IMG/VR virus record: IMGVR_UViG_3300020202_000016
Coordinates: 1 to 50,021 of that record
DNA from: a virus
Taxonomy: Duplodnaviria > Caudoviricetes
Direction: 5' to 3' (one strand)
DNA length: 50,021 nt
This document shows, piece after piece, positions 36,977 to 47,718 of this stretch (its first letter is position 1; the number at the start of each line of letters is the position of its first letter). Made by a program: the position numbers and the translations under genes. The notes under the pieces were generated by a model, which was given only the letters and a program-made list of their open reading frames with translations, did no database searches and was not told where the DNA came from.

Positions 36977-37813
36977 TCATTTAGAGTTGCGCTTTTCGGC
37001 CTGTTTGGCGTTGTAGACTTTGATCCACTCTTCAGGGTTGGCCTGAAGCTTTGGATCATATAAATCTGAACTTGGGGCAGAACCCCTTGCACCAACCGGC
37101 GTAATAGGCGCGGGAGTTTGAGATACTTTTTTTGCTACAGGAGCTGAAAGCTTGACTTCCAACTTCCCTAATTCGACTGCCTGACGTGCGGGAGAAGAAA
37201 TAGACTCGATACGCTCTGCGTCACTTTTGTTAGTTAGAAGATGCGCCGCAAGCTTGACACGCAACGGACTATCCAACATGGCCTCAATGGCCGCATCAGA
37301 TAATTTCAGTCGCACAAGCTTGTCGAAATTAACATTCGGAACATCTTCCAAATCTTCCTTAAACTCATTAACGCGGGCACTAAAGCTCCTTTTTGCTTTT
37401 TCAGCGTCAAGATCATTAATGGCCCTGACTTGCTCATCAATTTTCCAGTTCGCCAAGGCTTCGGCGTAGGCTTCTGCATCATTGTCGAACTGTGATAATT
37501 GCGGCTTGCCCGCTAATGGCTGCTTCGGACGTAATTGCGCTAACTCTTGTTCATGAGCTTCGCGCCGTTCTCTTTCCTTGTCTCGCTGTCTTGCAATTTT
37601 TGCTGTTCGCTTTTCGAGAATTTCATCAAGCTCTGCTTGAGTGAATGTTTTCTCTGCCTGAGTTTTTTCTTCCTTCTGAGCCTCAGTGTCTTCAGAAGGA
37701 GGCGTAGTTTCTTTCTGAGCGGTTGACTGGTCTACTTCCAAATCAACTTCATTTGCTACCACTTCGTTTTCAACAGGCGTAACAACGCCTCCAGAGGTTT
37801 CCTGGATTTCCAT
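36977..37813 (-). CDS. Scaffolding protein
   Basis: KTFTQAELDEI; ELGKLEVKL; PAPITPVG; directly upstream of the coat gene. Confidence 0.85.
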   Translation of the reverse strand: MEIQETSGGVVTPVENEVVANEVDLEVDQSTAQKETTPPSEDTEAQKEEKTQAEKTFTQAELDEILEKRTAKIARQRDKERERREAHEQELAQLRPKQPLAGKPQLSQFDNDAEAYAEALANWKIDEQVRAINDLDAEKAKRSFSARVNEFKEDLEDVPNVNFDKLVRLKLSDAAIEAMLDSPLRVKLAAHLLTNKSDAERIESISSPARQAVELGKLEVKLSAPVAKKVSQTPAPITPVGARGSAPSSDLYDPKLQANPEEWIKVYNAKQAEKRNSK

Positions 37814-37876
37814 TTACATTTCCTTCTAAGGGATTGCCTTTCGGCAGGCTCGGTGAAAACGCACCGATACGTTTTG

Positions 37877-38269
37877 TTAATCTAGAATGTCGCCGAATAT
37901 AAAAATGTCGGCGGTGCACGCACCAGTTGATCCGGTGGTTAAACTTAAGTAAGGAATTGCGGTCGCAGCATCGGCAATCGCTAACGAGAAGTCAGTGATC
38001 GTCACGAGCTTTCCCGAACCCGATAGGTTGATCCACGATTGAGAAGATGGGACAAAAGCATCACCCGATTTTGTTGCGCCACTATAAATTCCACCCACAC
38101 ACGCAACCGAGACCGCCCCCGTTTTTCGAATCGCAATCACACGATTCATAATGTAGTTCGTGAAAATTTGATTCTTGACAAACTGTTGGTCAGAAGTGCT
38201 TTGCATATTCGCAGAGCGCAACACAAACAACAGCGGATTAACTCCCGCGCTCGTTCTAACGATAGTCAT
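37877..38269 (-). CDS. Structural/decoration-like protein
   Basis: Coupled to the repeat protein; TADIFIFG C-terminus. Confidence 0.55.
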   Translation of the reverse strand: MTIVRTSAGVNPLLFVLRSANMQSTSDQQFVKNQIFTNYIMNRVIAIRKTGAVSVACVGGIYSGATKSGDAFVPSSQSWINLSGSGKLVTITDFSLAIADAATAIPYLSLTTGSTGACTADIFIFGDILD

Positions 38270-39234
38270 TTGTATAGTCCAAAAAATTGGCAATCAGCCG
38301 AGCCAATGGTTTTAGTCTCTGCAGTAGAAGAGTTACAGGCCACAATTCCCGTCGAAAACGCCATCCCATAAACGCCATAGTCGATGCTGAAATTTTGAGC
38401 AGCAGCAACATAAATATTAGAAAGCGGTACAGTGCCATTGGCGGGAAGAGAAGCAGAATTATGAAGCTGAATAAATTGTCCTGGCCCAGAGTTATAACCA
38501 GATATCCCGTAAAGCGTTCCTGCCGATGCTTTGATTACACTATTGGTTGCATACGCCGCTTGAGTAGAATTGGTTGGCGCGCCAGTATTCGCAACCGGGG
38601 CCAAGTTATATAAGGCATTCGTCGCAGGTGTAACAGATAACGAACCCGCACTAGTCGTTGCTCCCAATGCAGCAGGCAATTTCGCCGACATCGCTGCTAA
38701 TGTTGCTTCAGTCGCCGCCCCCGTTGGCAGCGCGGAAGAAGAAACTACCACAGCACCAGTATTGACAGCCGTGACCTTCGCATTTAATGCAGACAACGTT
38801 GCTTCAGTCGAAGCGCCTGAAGGTAAGGCCGAAGAAGAGACAACGACGGCCCCGGTATCGACAACTGTCACCTTCGCATTGAGTGCCGATAAAGTCGCCT
38901 CGGTCGAAGCGCCAGTAGGTAACGCTGAAGAAGACACAACAACAGCGCCAGTGTTAACCGCTGTCACCTTTGTATTGAGCGCTGAAAGGGTTGCCTCCGT
39001 CGAAGCCCCCGTCGGAAGCGCGGAGGATGCAACCACAACCGCGCCGGTATTGACAGCGGTAATCTTGCCATCAATCGATGACAACGACGCATTACCAGTA
39101 ACTTGCAGCGCAGCAGTTGCAGCCCCAACTGGCAATACAATCGTTGCTGAAACAGGTAAAGGATTTGCATCTGAGACCTGTGTAGTTGATGTTCCATTTC
39201 CAGCTTGATCGACTGTAATACTGTAATTGGCCAT
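38266..39234 (-). CDS. Repeat-containing fibre-like protein
   Basis: 32-aa repeats [32 protein letters not shown]. Confidence 0.7.
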   Translation of the reverse strand: MANYSITVDQAGNGTSTTQVSDANPLPVSATIVLPVGAATAALQVTGNASLSSIDGKITAVNTGAVVVASSALPTGASTEATLSALNTKVTAVNTGAVVVSSSALPTGASTEATLSALNAKVTVVDTGAVVVSSSALPSGASTEATLSALNAKVTAVNTGAVVVSSSALPTGAATEATLAAMSAKLPAALGATTSAGSLSVTPATNALYNLAPVANTGAPTNSTQAAYATNSVIKASAGTLYGISGYNSGPGQFIQLHNSASLPANGTVPLSNIYVAAAQNFSIDYGVYGMAFSTGIVACNSSTAETKTIGSADCQFFGLYK

Positions 39235-39236
39235 AA

Positions 39237-41414
39237 TTATTCAGACATAAAAGAAGCAGATTGCGGAATTTGTTCAGGCGAAAAAAAACCGCCTTCTGGC
39301 GGTTGATCTGGCTGCATCATTTGTTGCGGAGGTTGCTCCATCATTTGCGGAGGAGGTTGCTCCATCGGAACTTGTTGAATCATCGGCGGTACCATTGGAC
39401 GTTGTTCTGGTGGTGGAGGATTACGCAACACCTCTTCCAGAGTTTGCACAACAACCGCTTGTATTTCCTGTGGCCCAAAAGTTGGAGCTAACGCTTTCAT
39501 ACGCTCGGTTTTAGCTTTATATTCATCCACCTTCACTTTGCGGAAATCGATCTCTTTACTTTGCTCATACTCAGCGATCTTGCTTTCTGCTTGATCCATT
39601 TGACTGCTAGCGTTTTGTAACGCTTGCTCAAGCTGTTGCATTTTCTGTTGAATTTGCGGCGGTATTTTTTCATCGCCACCACTTGCAATCTGAGGCGGCA
39701 GTAACGCTTTCAGACGCTTAGCAATTTCTTCGCTAAACGGCATGTCCAGTGATTTAAAGTACAAGTCCCCAATGACTTTCATCAAGTCTGGATTGCCCTG
39801 CAAGATTTGCGTCATCGCATCGGCAGCTTCCATACGCTTAGTGTTATAGCTTGGGCCAACGGTTACGGCTACATCATAAACACCAACACCAAGGTTATAG
39901 ATTTTCTTAACCGAACCATCTTCATCCACCGTCTCGGCAACCGCTTGAGGTTGATCCGGATCGATGTGAGCGAAATCTTCCGTGCCATCCTCTCCAATGA
40001 TTCTAATCACGCGCTGAGTATCGTATACCTGAGGAATCATCTGGATTAAAACGCGGCCTAGATGTTCCAATGTGCGACCCATGTTATCGGAGTAATGGAA
40101 AGTACTCGTATCGCCTTCTTTTTGTCTTGCAAGAATGGCGCGCCCCGATTTCTCATTCGACTCTTGGCCTAACGATGCTTTGTACATTCCCATCGCAGAT
40201 TGAATATCCTGCTCGGCGATATTCATATCTTGCTGTAAGCCAGCAGGTATTCCTGCGAAGGGTTGGCGCTGAGGCGAACCCACGACTGTTCCACCAAGCG
40301 CTATGGGCTTGTATCGCAGTACACTATAGTTTTTAATGTTCGCATCTTCCCACTCCGCGAATTCTTCTATCTGCCCGGCGGCTGCAATATATGGGGCCTT
40401 GGGAGCCAGCGTAACCATTTCTGTAAATGCGCTGCGTGTGTAATTGTATTGACGCTGCGGGTCTTTTGCCGATCTAATAATTCCTGAAAGCTGACGTCTG
40501 CCACTGACAAACCCTTCATTGCCTATAACCGGAAATATCGGAATATAACGCGCCGGGAAAGTCCCCTTTTCTAGCACTTGCTTACCGTTAAGTTTGGCCC
40601 ACATACACTGATTGAGTGTAACTTTTCTGCTCTTAATGATCTCAGGCATTTCTTCGTTTTGTGCACGCCGGTTGTAATCTTCCCTCAAGATACTTGAGCC
40701 ATCTGCCAACGCAAGGAGTTCTTGTTCTTGCTCTTCCAAGTAATAGTAATCGGCTACAACAACTTTTTTGTCACCGAACCACTCTTGCTCTCGGTCGGTT
40801 TCAAAATCTATTTTTTCAGCATTAGGGAAGGCCGCTTCAAAATCCTCCTGAAGCATTGCCTCAGTAATGATCCCCCATTTGTAGTCCGATCCATCGGGTT
40901 GAGTAGAGATCTCATCAACCGTAACCGAATCATTATCCAGCACACGATCAATACAAATTTCCTGCTCGAACGAATCTTGACTAATGTAATCGGTCTTGAC
41001 GCGGAAATAGCCCAGTCCGCAACGAACCGCTAATTCAGCCGCCCAATCGTAAGCAATCGCCGCTCTAGATCGTTGCTCGATATGTCTTAGCAACCCTTGA
41101 TATTTCTCTGCGACCTCATAATCCGCTTCATTGTTCACCCCACGAGCTTTAAGTGATGGGCGATTCTGACGTATATCGTTTACTACCTGACGCACATACT
41201 GATTGATCTTATCGACAACTAAACAAGGTCTCGGGCCATTAGGATCATTTTCACGCGACTGTTTAATCGCTTCTGGCCATTGCTCGAACAAGATACTAAA
41301 CTTAAGATCGTCGAGCTGCGCCTGTCTTTCTTCGTAGTTGAAATCGCGGGCGCGCTTGTATCTTTTTTTTGCTGTCTCTAATAATTTTTGATCACCCTGT
41401 TTCTTCTTGGCCAT
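39237..41414 (-). CDS. Portal protein (P22-like)
   Basis: [25 protein letters not shown]; [13 protein letters not shown]; [11 protein letters not shown]. Confidence 0.92.
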   Translation of the reverse strand: MAKKKQGDQKLLETAKKRYKRARDFNYEERQAQLDDLKFSILFEQWPEAIKQSRENDPNGPRPCLVVDKINQYVRQVVNDIRQNRPSLKARGVNNEADYEVAEKYQGLLRHIEQRSRAAIAYDWAAELAVRCGLGYFRVKTDYISQDSFEQEICIDRVLDNDSVTVDEISTQPDGSDYKWGIITEAMLQEDFEAAFPNAEKIDFETDREQEWFGDKKVVVADYYYLEEQEQELLALADGSSILREDYNRRAQNEEMPEIIKSRKVTLNQCMWAKLNGKQVLEKGTFPARYIPIFPVIGNEGFVSGRRQLSGIIRSAKDPQRQYNYTRSAFTEMVTLAPKAPYIAAAGQIEEFAEWEDANIKNYSVLRYKPIALGGTVVGSPQRQPFAGIPAGLQQDMNIAEQDIQSAMGMYKASLGQESNEKSGRAILARQKEGDTSTFHYSDNMGRTLEHLGRVLIQMIPQVYDTQRVIRIIGEDGTEDFAHIDPDQPQAVAETVDEDGSVKKIYNLGVGVYDVAVTVGPSYNTKRMEAADAMTQILQGNPDLMKVIGDLYFKSLDMPFSEEIAKRLKALLPPQIASGGDEKIPPQIQQKMQQLEQALQNASSQMDQAESKIAEYEQSKEIDFRKVKVDEYKAKTERMKALAPTFGPQEIQAVVVQTLEEVLRNPPPPEQRPMVPPMIQQVPMEQPPPQMMEQPPQQMMQPDQPPEGGFFSPEQIPQSASFMSE

Positions 41415-41614
41415 TAAATACGCTCGGTCTTATATAGATGATCTATCTCACGCACACGATTGATATCCACAACCTCGTGACCGTCTAGCATCTCTACAAT
41501 AACGTGATGCATCGGAATAGAGTATTGCTCATCACGATAGCTAAACAAACGCATGTCATCAACAATAGAAGATGATAAGGCATAGCCCTGATCGTAGATT
41601 TCCTGATTAGTCAT
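41414..41614 (-). CDS. Hypothetical protein
   Basis: Coupled to the portal start. Confidence 0.45.
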   Translation of the reverse strand: MTNQEIYDQGYALSSSIVDDMRLFSYRDEQYSIPMHHVIVEMLDGHEVVDINRVREIDHLYKTERI

Positions 41615-41902
41615 GGGTTCCTATAGACGTAAAAAAAGCCGCTGGTGGCGGCTTGTGTAAGCTTAAAGTAGATGCGAATCATCCCAAACTAACGGCACTC
41701 TTTCAGAAATGCTGCCTTTGCTATGGGTCGATACGCACCTATTGCATCCATGCGGCGTTTGGCTCGATTACCTACGCCGTAGTCATCTTCTACCACAACG
41801 AAGACAGCTTGATTTTTCCCAAACATGTGGCCCTCAGAAGTCACCGATCTTTATCGGAGGACTTTACACTTTAATGTAACCACCCACCAAGTGCTGATTA
41901 TA

Positions 41903-43420
41903 TTAACCACCCATCCATCCCGCAACACCGCGATTCTGTCCGAGCGGTCTAGCCCTTTTAACTACCGTCAAGAATGGCTCAGCAAAAGTTAACCCAAGCG
42001 CATCGGCCATATCTGGCGATCTAAAACCGCGCTTCTTCATATCCTCTTTGCGCTCCATCTTGAGCGCAGAATTACTATCGTATGCGAATCTGATCTGCGT
42101 TAAATCAGCTTGTAATTCGTCACTATCCGGAATAGACGCAGGCTGTGCAATTAACCATTCTTTTACCTCACCCCACATCTCAGCGCGCTTGTTCGTGTAT
42201 TTGGTCGCATTTAATGGGGACGATGCACTATTAACCGATACCACCTTACATGATGACGTATCGACCACTTCTAGCAATCGATCATAAACACCAGCGCCCA
42301 ATCCGCCGACATCAATTGCACACTGATTCGCACCTACCTCTTCAATTGCCAGCTTCACAATACCGACAACTTCCATCGTATCTTTTTTGCTGTAGCTTCT
42401 AATCCAGTGAACCTTTCGACCCTCACGGAAACAGATCGATGTTCTATCATCACCAAATCTTGCAGGGTCAACGCCAATTAATTTAGGCCCATATGCTTCC
42501 GCATCCGTCTTTCTTGCCGTCATAACAAGCTCAGCTTTTATATACGGATCAAGCCCTGAAACCTGAAACGCCTCAGCCGCTGTTGCTGGATATTCTTGCT
42601 TAAATAATGTTTCATCCCTCAGCTCAGCGATCTTGGCTCTGCGCCAAACCATTTGCTCAAGATCAAGACCATAAACCGCGCAATATTCTTGCTCTTCGTC
42701 CGTCAGCTTAAATCCTTCTGGCAAAACTTTACGATATTCTGGCTGCCAATACCACGGCACGAATATCGCAATGTAATCAGACTGCCCAGCTTCAGCCGCT
42801 TGCCATTGTTGGTGAAAGAAATTACCCACACCATTCGCGGTGGACTCTAAGAACGCTTCCGTTCCATCAACATCTGGGATCGCTTGCAATATTCCAGCAG
42901 CATGCTGTTGCGCATTCGGCCAAAAGCCAACCTCCGAGCCGTGGAAGAACTGAACTGTTGAGCTTCGCCCTACCGCTTTATTTCCGGCCGTCCCAACCTT
43001 GTAACCAGAATCGAGCCGATTGAAATAAAGCTCTTTCGCATTTGCAGCGCTTGTGCTCGGCTTAACGGGCGCGGGACAGTTCTCATGATAGCGATTAGCG
43101 ATCTCAAATAAATTATTTGTCGCCTCTTCTTCGTGCGTGAGAATAAATGCGCGCACGCCTTTTGTGTGGGACACGCGCCAATAGAACCTACCCTCAACAT
43201 ACGTCGAACATCCTTGCTGACGCCCTTTTAAAATTAGCGCCCTCACCCTTCCGGTTCTTGCTCTCTGCTCTTCTACACGCTCATGTATATATTGTTGCGC
43301 AACGTTAAGCTCGAAAGGTAAAACCTTTCCAGATTTAGCTCTTATTTTTAAACACTTTGACGCGTAGTGCTGAAAATCATCCTTTAACTTTTGACGTATT
43401 TCTTTTTCAGCAGGACTCAT
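41903..43420 (-). CDS. terL: Terminase large subunit
   Basis: LKGRQQGCST Walker A; HGSEV; ESTANG; GVDPARFGDD; SPDMADAL. Confidence 0.93.
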   Translation of the reverse strand: MSPAEKEIRQKLKDDFQHYASKCLKIRAKSGKVLPFELNVAQQYIHERVEEQRARTGRVRALILKGRQQGCSTYVEGRFYWRVSHTKGVRAFILTHEEEATNNLFEIANRYHENCPAPVKPSTSAANAKELYFNRLDSGYKVGTAGNKAVGRSSTVQFFHGSEVGFWPNAQQHAAGILQAIPDVDGTEAFLESTANGVGNFFHQQWQAAEAGQSDYIAIFVPWYWQPEYRKVLPEGFKLTDEEQEYCAVYGLDLEQMVWRRAKIAELRDETLFKQEYPATAAEAFQVSGLDPYIKAELVMTARKTDAEAYGPKLIGVDPARFGDDRTSICFREGRKVHWIRSYSKKDTMEVVGIVKLAIEEVGANQCAIDVGGLGAGVYDRLLEVVDTSSCKVVSVNSASSPLNATKYTNKRAEMWGEVKEWLIAQPASIPDSDELQADLTQIRFAYDSNSALKMERKEDMKKRGFRSPDMADALGLTFAEPFLTVVKRARPLGQNRGVAGWMGG

Positions 43421-44010
43421 GCAAGATCGTCAATCGCGGTTTCGTGCGCACCAAATCTTGCAGTAGTATCAATTCCAAACGCCTCACGCTCAAGCCCAAC
43501 CAAAGTTTTCAACGACTCAGTCAGACTCTTCATTGTTCCGGAACGACTGTTTAGCGAAATAGCTTTGTTAAGTAATTCATTTCGCTTATCGAAAGCTTTG
43601 TCATCTGAATCATGCAGCAATTCAGCTAATTGATGGTACAGCTCAACATTTTCTGTTTGATACTCAAGCTCGCACAATAAAGACATGACCAATTTACGCG
43701 AACGTGTAATGTCCGATCTTTGTTCACGCCGAACCAAAGCTTGCAATTCAGCATTAGCCTCAACGATTTGTTTTTCGGCGATTTTGGTTAGTGCGCTAAC
43801 TTCGTCACTAACCGCATCCGCACTAACCTTCGCATCGGCCTTCGCTTGAATACGTAACGATAGATCACGATCCCATTCATCACGCTTTGCACGCTTAATA
43901 ATTCCAGCGTCAGATACACCAAACTCAGCACCGATGGCTTTTAAAGATTTAATCCCACACCGATATTCAAGCTCTACCGCCTTCCAATCAATTTGTTTTT
44001 TTTCAGTCAT
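43417..44010 (-). CDS. terS: Terminase small subunit
   Basis: IDWKAVELEYR..IIKRAKRDEW..LEREAFGI. Confidence 0.85.
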   Translation of the reverse strand: MTEKKQIDWKAVELEYRCGIKSLKAIGAEFGVSDAGIIKRAKRDEWDRDLSLRIQAKADAKVSADAVSDEVSALTKIAEKQIVEANAELQALVRREQRSDITRSRKLVMSLLCELEYQTENVELYHQLAELLHDSDDKAFDKRNELLNKAISLNSRSGTMKSLTESLKTLVGLEREAFGIDTTARFGAHETAIDDLA

Positions 44011-44050
44011 GTTTTATAGTTGGGAAGATACGCATACCTTCCCTTTATCA

Positions 44051-45415
44051 TTAACTAATACGATACACAGACCAAGCCGCCGAACCTGTTTTTCGAAGCC
44101 TTAATTGACCTGACGAATTCAAACTTCCAGCCGCGCTGTAAGCATGAAAATCCATACTGCCGACTAGCGTCAAACCCGTATTAGTCGTAACAGAAGCATC
44201 TTCAGCATCAACAGTCGATATATTAATAACCGAAATATCAAATGCATCGCCTGCCGCAAAATCTGGTAATGCAGTATCCAAATCAGCCGCAGTCGGTAAT
44301 TGCTGCGCAGACGTTGCGCCACCACCTTGATTAATCGTAATAATCCCAGCCAACACCTCAGCAACTGTAAGCGTTGCCGACGTTGTTTTGGCAGTAGGTG
44401 CGCCTTGTTGTACAGATGTGACGCCACGATTCAGGATAACGCCAGGCCGGCCGACCGTACCGCCCGAAGAAGTTCCGCCCGCACCAACAGTTAAAGTGAT
44501 CGTGCCACCAGGGCCACCGTTGCCAGTACCTGCGCTTGCAGCACCCCCCGCACCTGCGGTGATCACTAAATCACCACCTGCCCCGCCCGCATCTGAACCG
44601 CTCGATGCGGTTGCGCCACCTGCCGCCGCGATGACCGAGGTTGTACCTCCTGCGCCGCCTGCTGCTGCGCCGGTTCCGGCTTTTGCACCGCCCGCGCCAG
44701 AAGTTAAACTCGCTGCACCGCCTGCACCGCCTGCCGTAGTAGTTGCGCCTGCTGCACCAGCGCCGCCCGTAACAGACGATGCGCCACCCGCTGCACCGGT
44801 GCCCGTACCAGCACCACCCGCAACACTGCCTACACCGCCCACGCCGGAGGTCGCACCGCCTGCACCGCCGACAACAGTCGCCGCACCACCTGCACCAGTT
44901 GCCCCGCCTAAGCCGCCAGTTACACTGGCCACACCACCTGCCGCGGAACCTTGACCGGCTCCGCCCGCAACGCTTCCAATACCACCGGTTGCATTGCCTG
45001 CTGTTCCTGCACCGCCAGCTAGAGATGCGACGCCCCCGTTTCCGGAAGTTGCACCGCCCGCTGCTGCGGCGAGCTTTACCGCACCGCCGACCCCAGTTGC
45101 ACCAGGTGTGCCACCGGTTGCGGTAATTGCGCCGCCAGCGTTGCTCGATGTGCTGGAAGTTCCGCCAACAATTTCAATTGCACCACCCTGAGCCGCCGCT
45201 AGGCCAGTTATACCGAGCGAAGAATCCGATCCGGTAATCGCACCCAGGGCAATCGTATTAAGATCTCCAGCCGACCCGAGAATAACAGCCGCACCCGCAG
45301 TTGCAGTCCCGGCAGTAACATCCGCAAGAGCCTGGATGCTACTCGAAGCAAGCTGATCTTCTTCGTTGACCGTTAATTGATGACCGTCCAACGTTTGTAT
45401 TTGTACATTTGACAT
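44051..45415 (-). CDS. Glycine-rich (GGxG/GGAG) protein with decoration-like C-terminus
   Basis: Long Gly/Ala region; ATLTVAEVLAGII..LPTAADL..GDAFDISVIN. Confidence 0.7.
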   Translation of the reverse strand: MSNVQIQTLDGHQLTVNEEDQLASSSIQALADVTAGTATAGAAVILGSAGDLNTIALGAITGSDSSLGITGLAAAQGGAIEIVGGTSSTSSNAGGAITATGGTPGATGVGGAVKLAAAAGGATSGNGGVASLAGGAGTAGNATGGIGSVAGGAGQGSAAGGVASVTGGLGGATGAGGAATVVGGAGGATSGVGGVGSVAGGAGTGTGAAGGASSVTGGAGAAGATTTAGGAGGAASLTSGAGGAKAGTGAAAGGAGGTTSVIAAAGGATASSGSDAGGAGGDLVITAGAGGAASAGTGNGGPGGTITLTVGAGGTSSGGTVGRPGVILNRGVTSVQQGAPTAKTTSATLTVAEVLAGIITINQGGGATSAQQLPTAADLDTALPDFAAGDAFDISVINISTVDAEDASVTTNTGLTLVGSMDFHAYSAAGSLNSSGQLRLRKTGSAAWSVYRIS

Positions 45416-45427
45416 GATTTTTCTCGA

Positions 45428-45991
45428 TTAATATAGATAGACAATCGGGCCTTTGTCGGCCGTGAAAGACGTTGGAACGGTGAGCGCAGGCAACGTACCG
45501 AAAGTTCCGGTAGCAGATGCGGCCAAATTTAAATAGGTACTTGCAGCGATCTTCCGGGTTTTTGTAGTCGTACCGTTACATTGCAACAGTACGAAATATT
45601 TGCCCGCAGGAGCGGCATAAACGGAGGTTAGATCGATCTCTTGGAATGCATCCGTACCAGAAGCCGTGACGCCTGCGAGTGCAGTATTGGCGACCAGCAC
45701 ACCAGAAGAATTGTACAAACCGAGAATTAATTCATCGGTGCCAGCAGTGGTACCATTTAATACCGCGATGCCGGTTACAGATTTACTGTAGTCCAGCATT
45801 AATTCAGAAACGTAGATCGTCCCTGCCACATGTACGCCATCGGTACCCAACGAACCGTAGGCAACCGAGCCAATGGGGATATTCGAATACTTAGCCAGCG
45901 TCGATAGCGCAATACCGCCCGCGCCAACAGTTAAAGCGCCCGTCGAATCATCAACGGTTGGGCCAATCCCAGAAATAGTTAATGCAGTCAT
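45428..45991 (-). CDS. Beta-rich structural protein
   Basis: GGAG RBS; ILGLYNSSGVLVA..GKYFV. Confidence 0.6.
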   Translation of the reverse strand: MTALTISGIGPTVDDSTGALTVGAGGIALSTLAKYSNIPIGSVAYGSLGTDGVHVAGTIYVSELMLDYSKSVTGIAVLNGTTAGTDELILGLYNSSGVLVANTALAGVTASGTDAFQEIDLTSVYAAPAGKYFVLLQCNGTTTKTRKIAASTYLNLAASATGTFGTLPALTVPTSFTADKGPIVYLY

Positions 45992-46064
45992 TTTTGAAAC
46001 TCCAATAAAAAACAATAGACGTAAAAAAAGCCGCTCTTGGCGGCTTGTGAATTTGCTGCTTAAA

Positions 46065-46286
46065 TCAAAACTTCTCGATCTCTTTCAAAATCCCTCGCAG
46101 CAGTTGATCTGCCTTAGTTTTGCTTTCGACAGACAGCGCTTTGAAAGCAAGCGCTTTGATAGCATCCAAACAATCCATGACGCGATCCCTATTACAGAGC
46201 CTAGGGATTTCCGAGATTACATCCACATCAGTCGATCTGGAAGCGTGACCGAAAGATATCTTCCCAACTAACGTTTCGCGATGCAT
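46065..46286 (-). CDS. Hypothetical protein
   Basis: ORF in the late direction. Confidence 0.4.
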   Translation of the reverse strand: MHRETLVGKISFGHASRSTDVDVISEIPRLCNRDRVMDCLDAIKALAFKALSVESKTKADQLLRGILKEIEKF

Positions 46287-46456
46287 TAAATAGTTTCACG
46301 TGAAAAACAAGGTTTCCTGCCTTTACCGGGTTTCGGCGCTGGCTTTACTGGTTTTTTCATTCCCAATTTATTCCCCCAAGGTTGGTAATCACTATCACCG
46401 GATAGTGCATAAATATCACATCATTGAAAATAGTTGCAAAATATAACAAATACCTG

Positions 46457-46485
46457 TTGACATGTCTACGTAGACGTTATACTAT
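46457..46485 (+). promoter_or_regulatory. Moron promoter with palindromic operator
   Basis: TTGACA-N17-TACTAT; perfect GTCTACGTAGAC at 46464-46475. Confidence 0.75.
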
Positions 46486-46535
46486 GCATACATCGACACA
46501 GCAATTGTGCTGGTCGAGATACCAGGGAGATAGAT

Positions 46536-46682
46536 ATGAGCCGCGAGCAAATTGCAATTTTCATTACACTCAACGGCAAAACCTACTCTGCGTCATTTGA
46601 AACAGAAGCTGAACGTCAAAAAAAATTACAAGCAGAAGAAAAAGCCTTCGACGAATATGTTGCTGCTTTATCGATTAACTGA
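46536..46682 (+). CDS. Small moron protein (48 aa)
   Basis: GGAG RBS; MSREQIAIF... Confidence 0.5.
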   Translation: MSREQIAIFITLNGKTYSASFETEAERQKKLQAEEKAFDEYVAALSIN

Positions 46683-47047
46683 GGAGAGAGTTATGCTTAA
46701 AAAAGGCGCACACGTTATGACCGATTTTGGTCTTGCAACCCTAACAGGCGAAAAAGAAACCACACTTCGCCCACAAAATCGCAAAAATTCGTGCGGGCAA
46801 TTGAACTAATAATCGACTACCGCATTCAACAAGCGCTGATTCTATACAGAATTTACCAACCACCAACCCACAGCGGCAACTAACATGGATAAATCAAAGA
46901 ACAACTTAATAAGTTATGATGATCTTGTTAACAAAACAAGGTTGTTTATGGAAAAAACTATAAAAAAACTTCAATTCTCAAAATTTATGAAGAAAACAAT
47001 CAAACGCCACGCTATCAGACGAAAATCCATTACAACGGAGAATCCCA

Positions 47048-47335
47048 ATGACTAAGTCACCCTTTCACCTCTTTCCACTTGAAGAGGCCGAAAAATTCTC
47101 ACTCTATATTCATCAACAGGTCAAAGACATGGAAACGCGCAGAAAGACTACCTCCACCCAACGCAACAAACGCGCTCACGCAGCTTTAAAAGAGGCTGGC
47201 GGCGCTCGCATCGAAATACTAGTAGATGCTGTAACACTCAAGCTTGTGGATCAACTCGCGTCCACATCCAACACGTCGCGTAAAGAGGCGATTATCTGGT
47301 GCATTCGGAATGCGTGCGAGAAGAATAGCAAATGA
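47048..47335 (+). CDS. RHH/CopG-like DNA-binding protein
   Basis: KEAGGARIEILVDAVTLKLVDQL..SRKEAI. Confidence 0.6.
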   Translation: MTKSPFHLFPLEEAEKFSLYIHQQVKDMETRRKTTSTQRNKRAHAALKEAGGARIEILVDAVTLKLVDQLASTSNTSRKEAIIWCIRNACEKNSK

Positions 47336-47577
47336 ACAACTGGCCAAAATTCAATGTTGGAATAGATTTACCAAAATTCAAAATTGGAACAAAATTCAAC
47401 ATGCCATATGAGACCGTTCCGGCAGCCGAGGTCATCGAAATCTACAGTACATATAACAACGCCGGAGAACTGACTGGAATCCGCTATGCCGCGCAATTTG
47501 TCCGCCGCGGACACAAAATGATTGATTTTCGCGTGAAAGAAATAACGGTCGAACACGGCTTAATTACGCAGGAATAA
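47332..47577 (+). CDS. Hypothetical protein
   Basis: ATGA coupling to the upstream gene. Confidence 0.55.
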   Translation: MNNWPKFNVGIDLPKFKIGTKFNMPYETVPAAEVIEIYSTYNNAGELTGIRYAAQFVRRGHKMIDFRVKEITVEHGLITQE

Positions 47578-47615
47578 AAACCCCTCACGCTACACCAGGG
47601 AGGCGGACGCGAGGG
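47576..47615 (-). terminator. tR'-like terminator
   Basis: CCCTCGCGT/GCGTGAGGG stem plus T tract on the minus strand. Confidence 0.65.
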
Positions 47616-47690
47616 CTAAACTTGGAAATTTAGGGCGAGCTCTATCAACAGTAGAAAGCGGCACAGCCGGTAACGCTCAAATTAGCGTCA

Positions 47691-47718
47691 ATCATAATGT
47701 ATGTTTTCACTTTGTCAA
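47691..47718 (-). promoter_or_regulatory. Late promoter pR'
   Basis: TTGACA-N16-TATGAT at the 3' end of the Q-like gene. Confidence 0.65.

Noticed and set aside
44388-45191. Proline-rich plus-strand ORFs (also 26451-26633 and 38570-39208)
   Set aside because: Antisense shadows of Gly/Ala-rich structural genes
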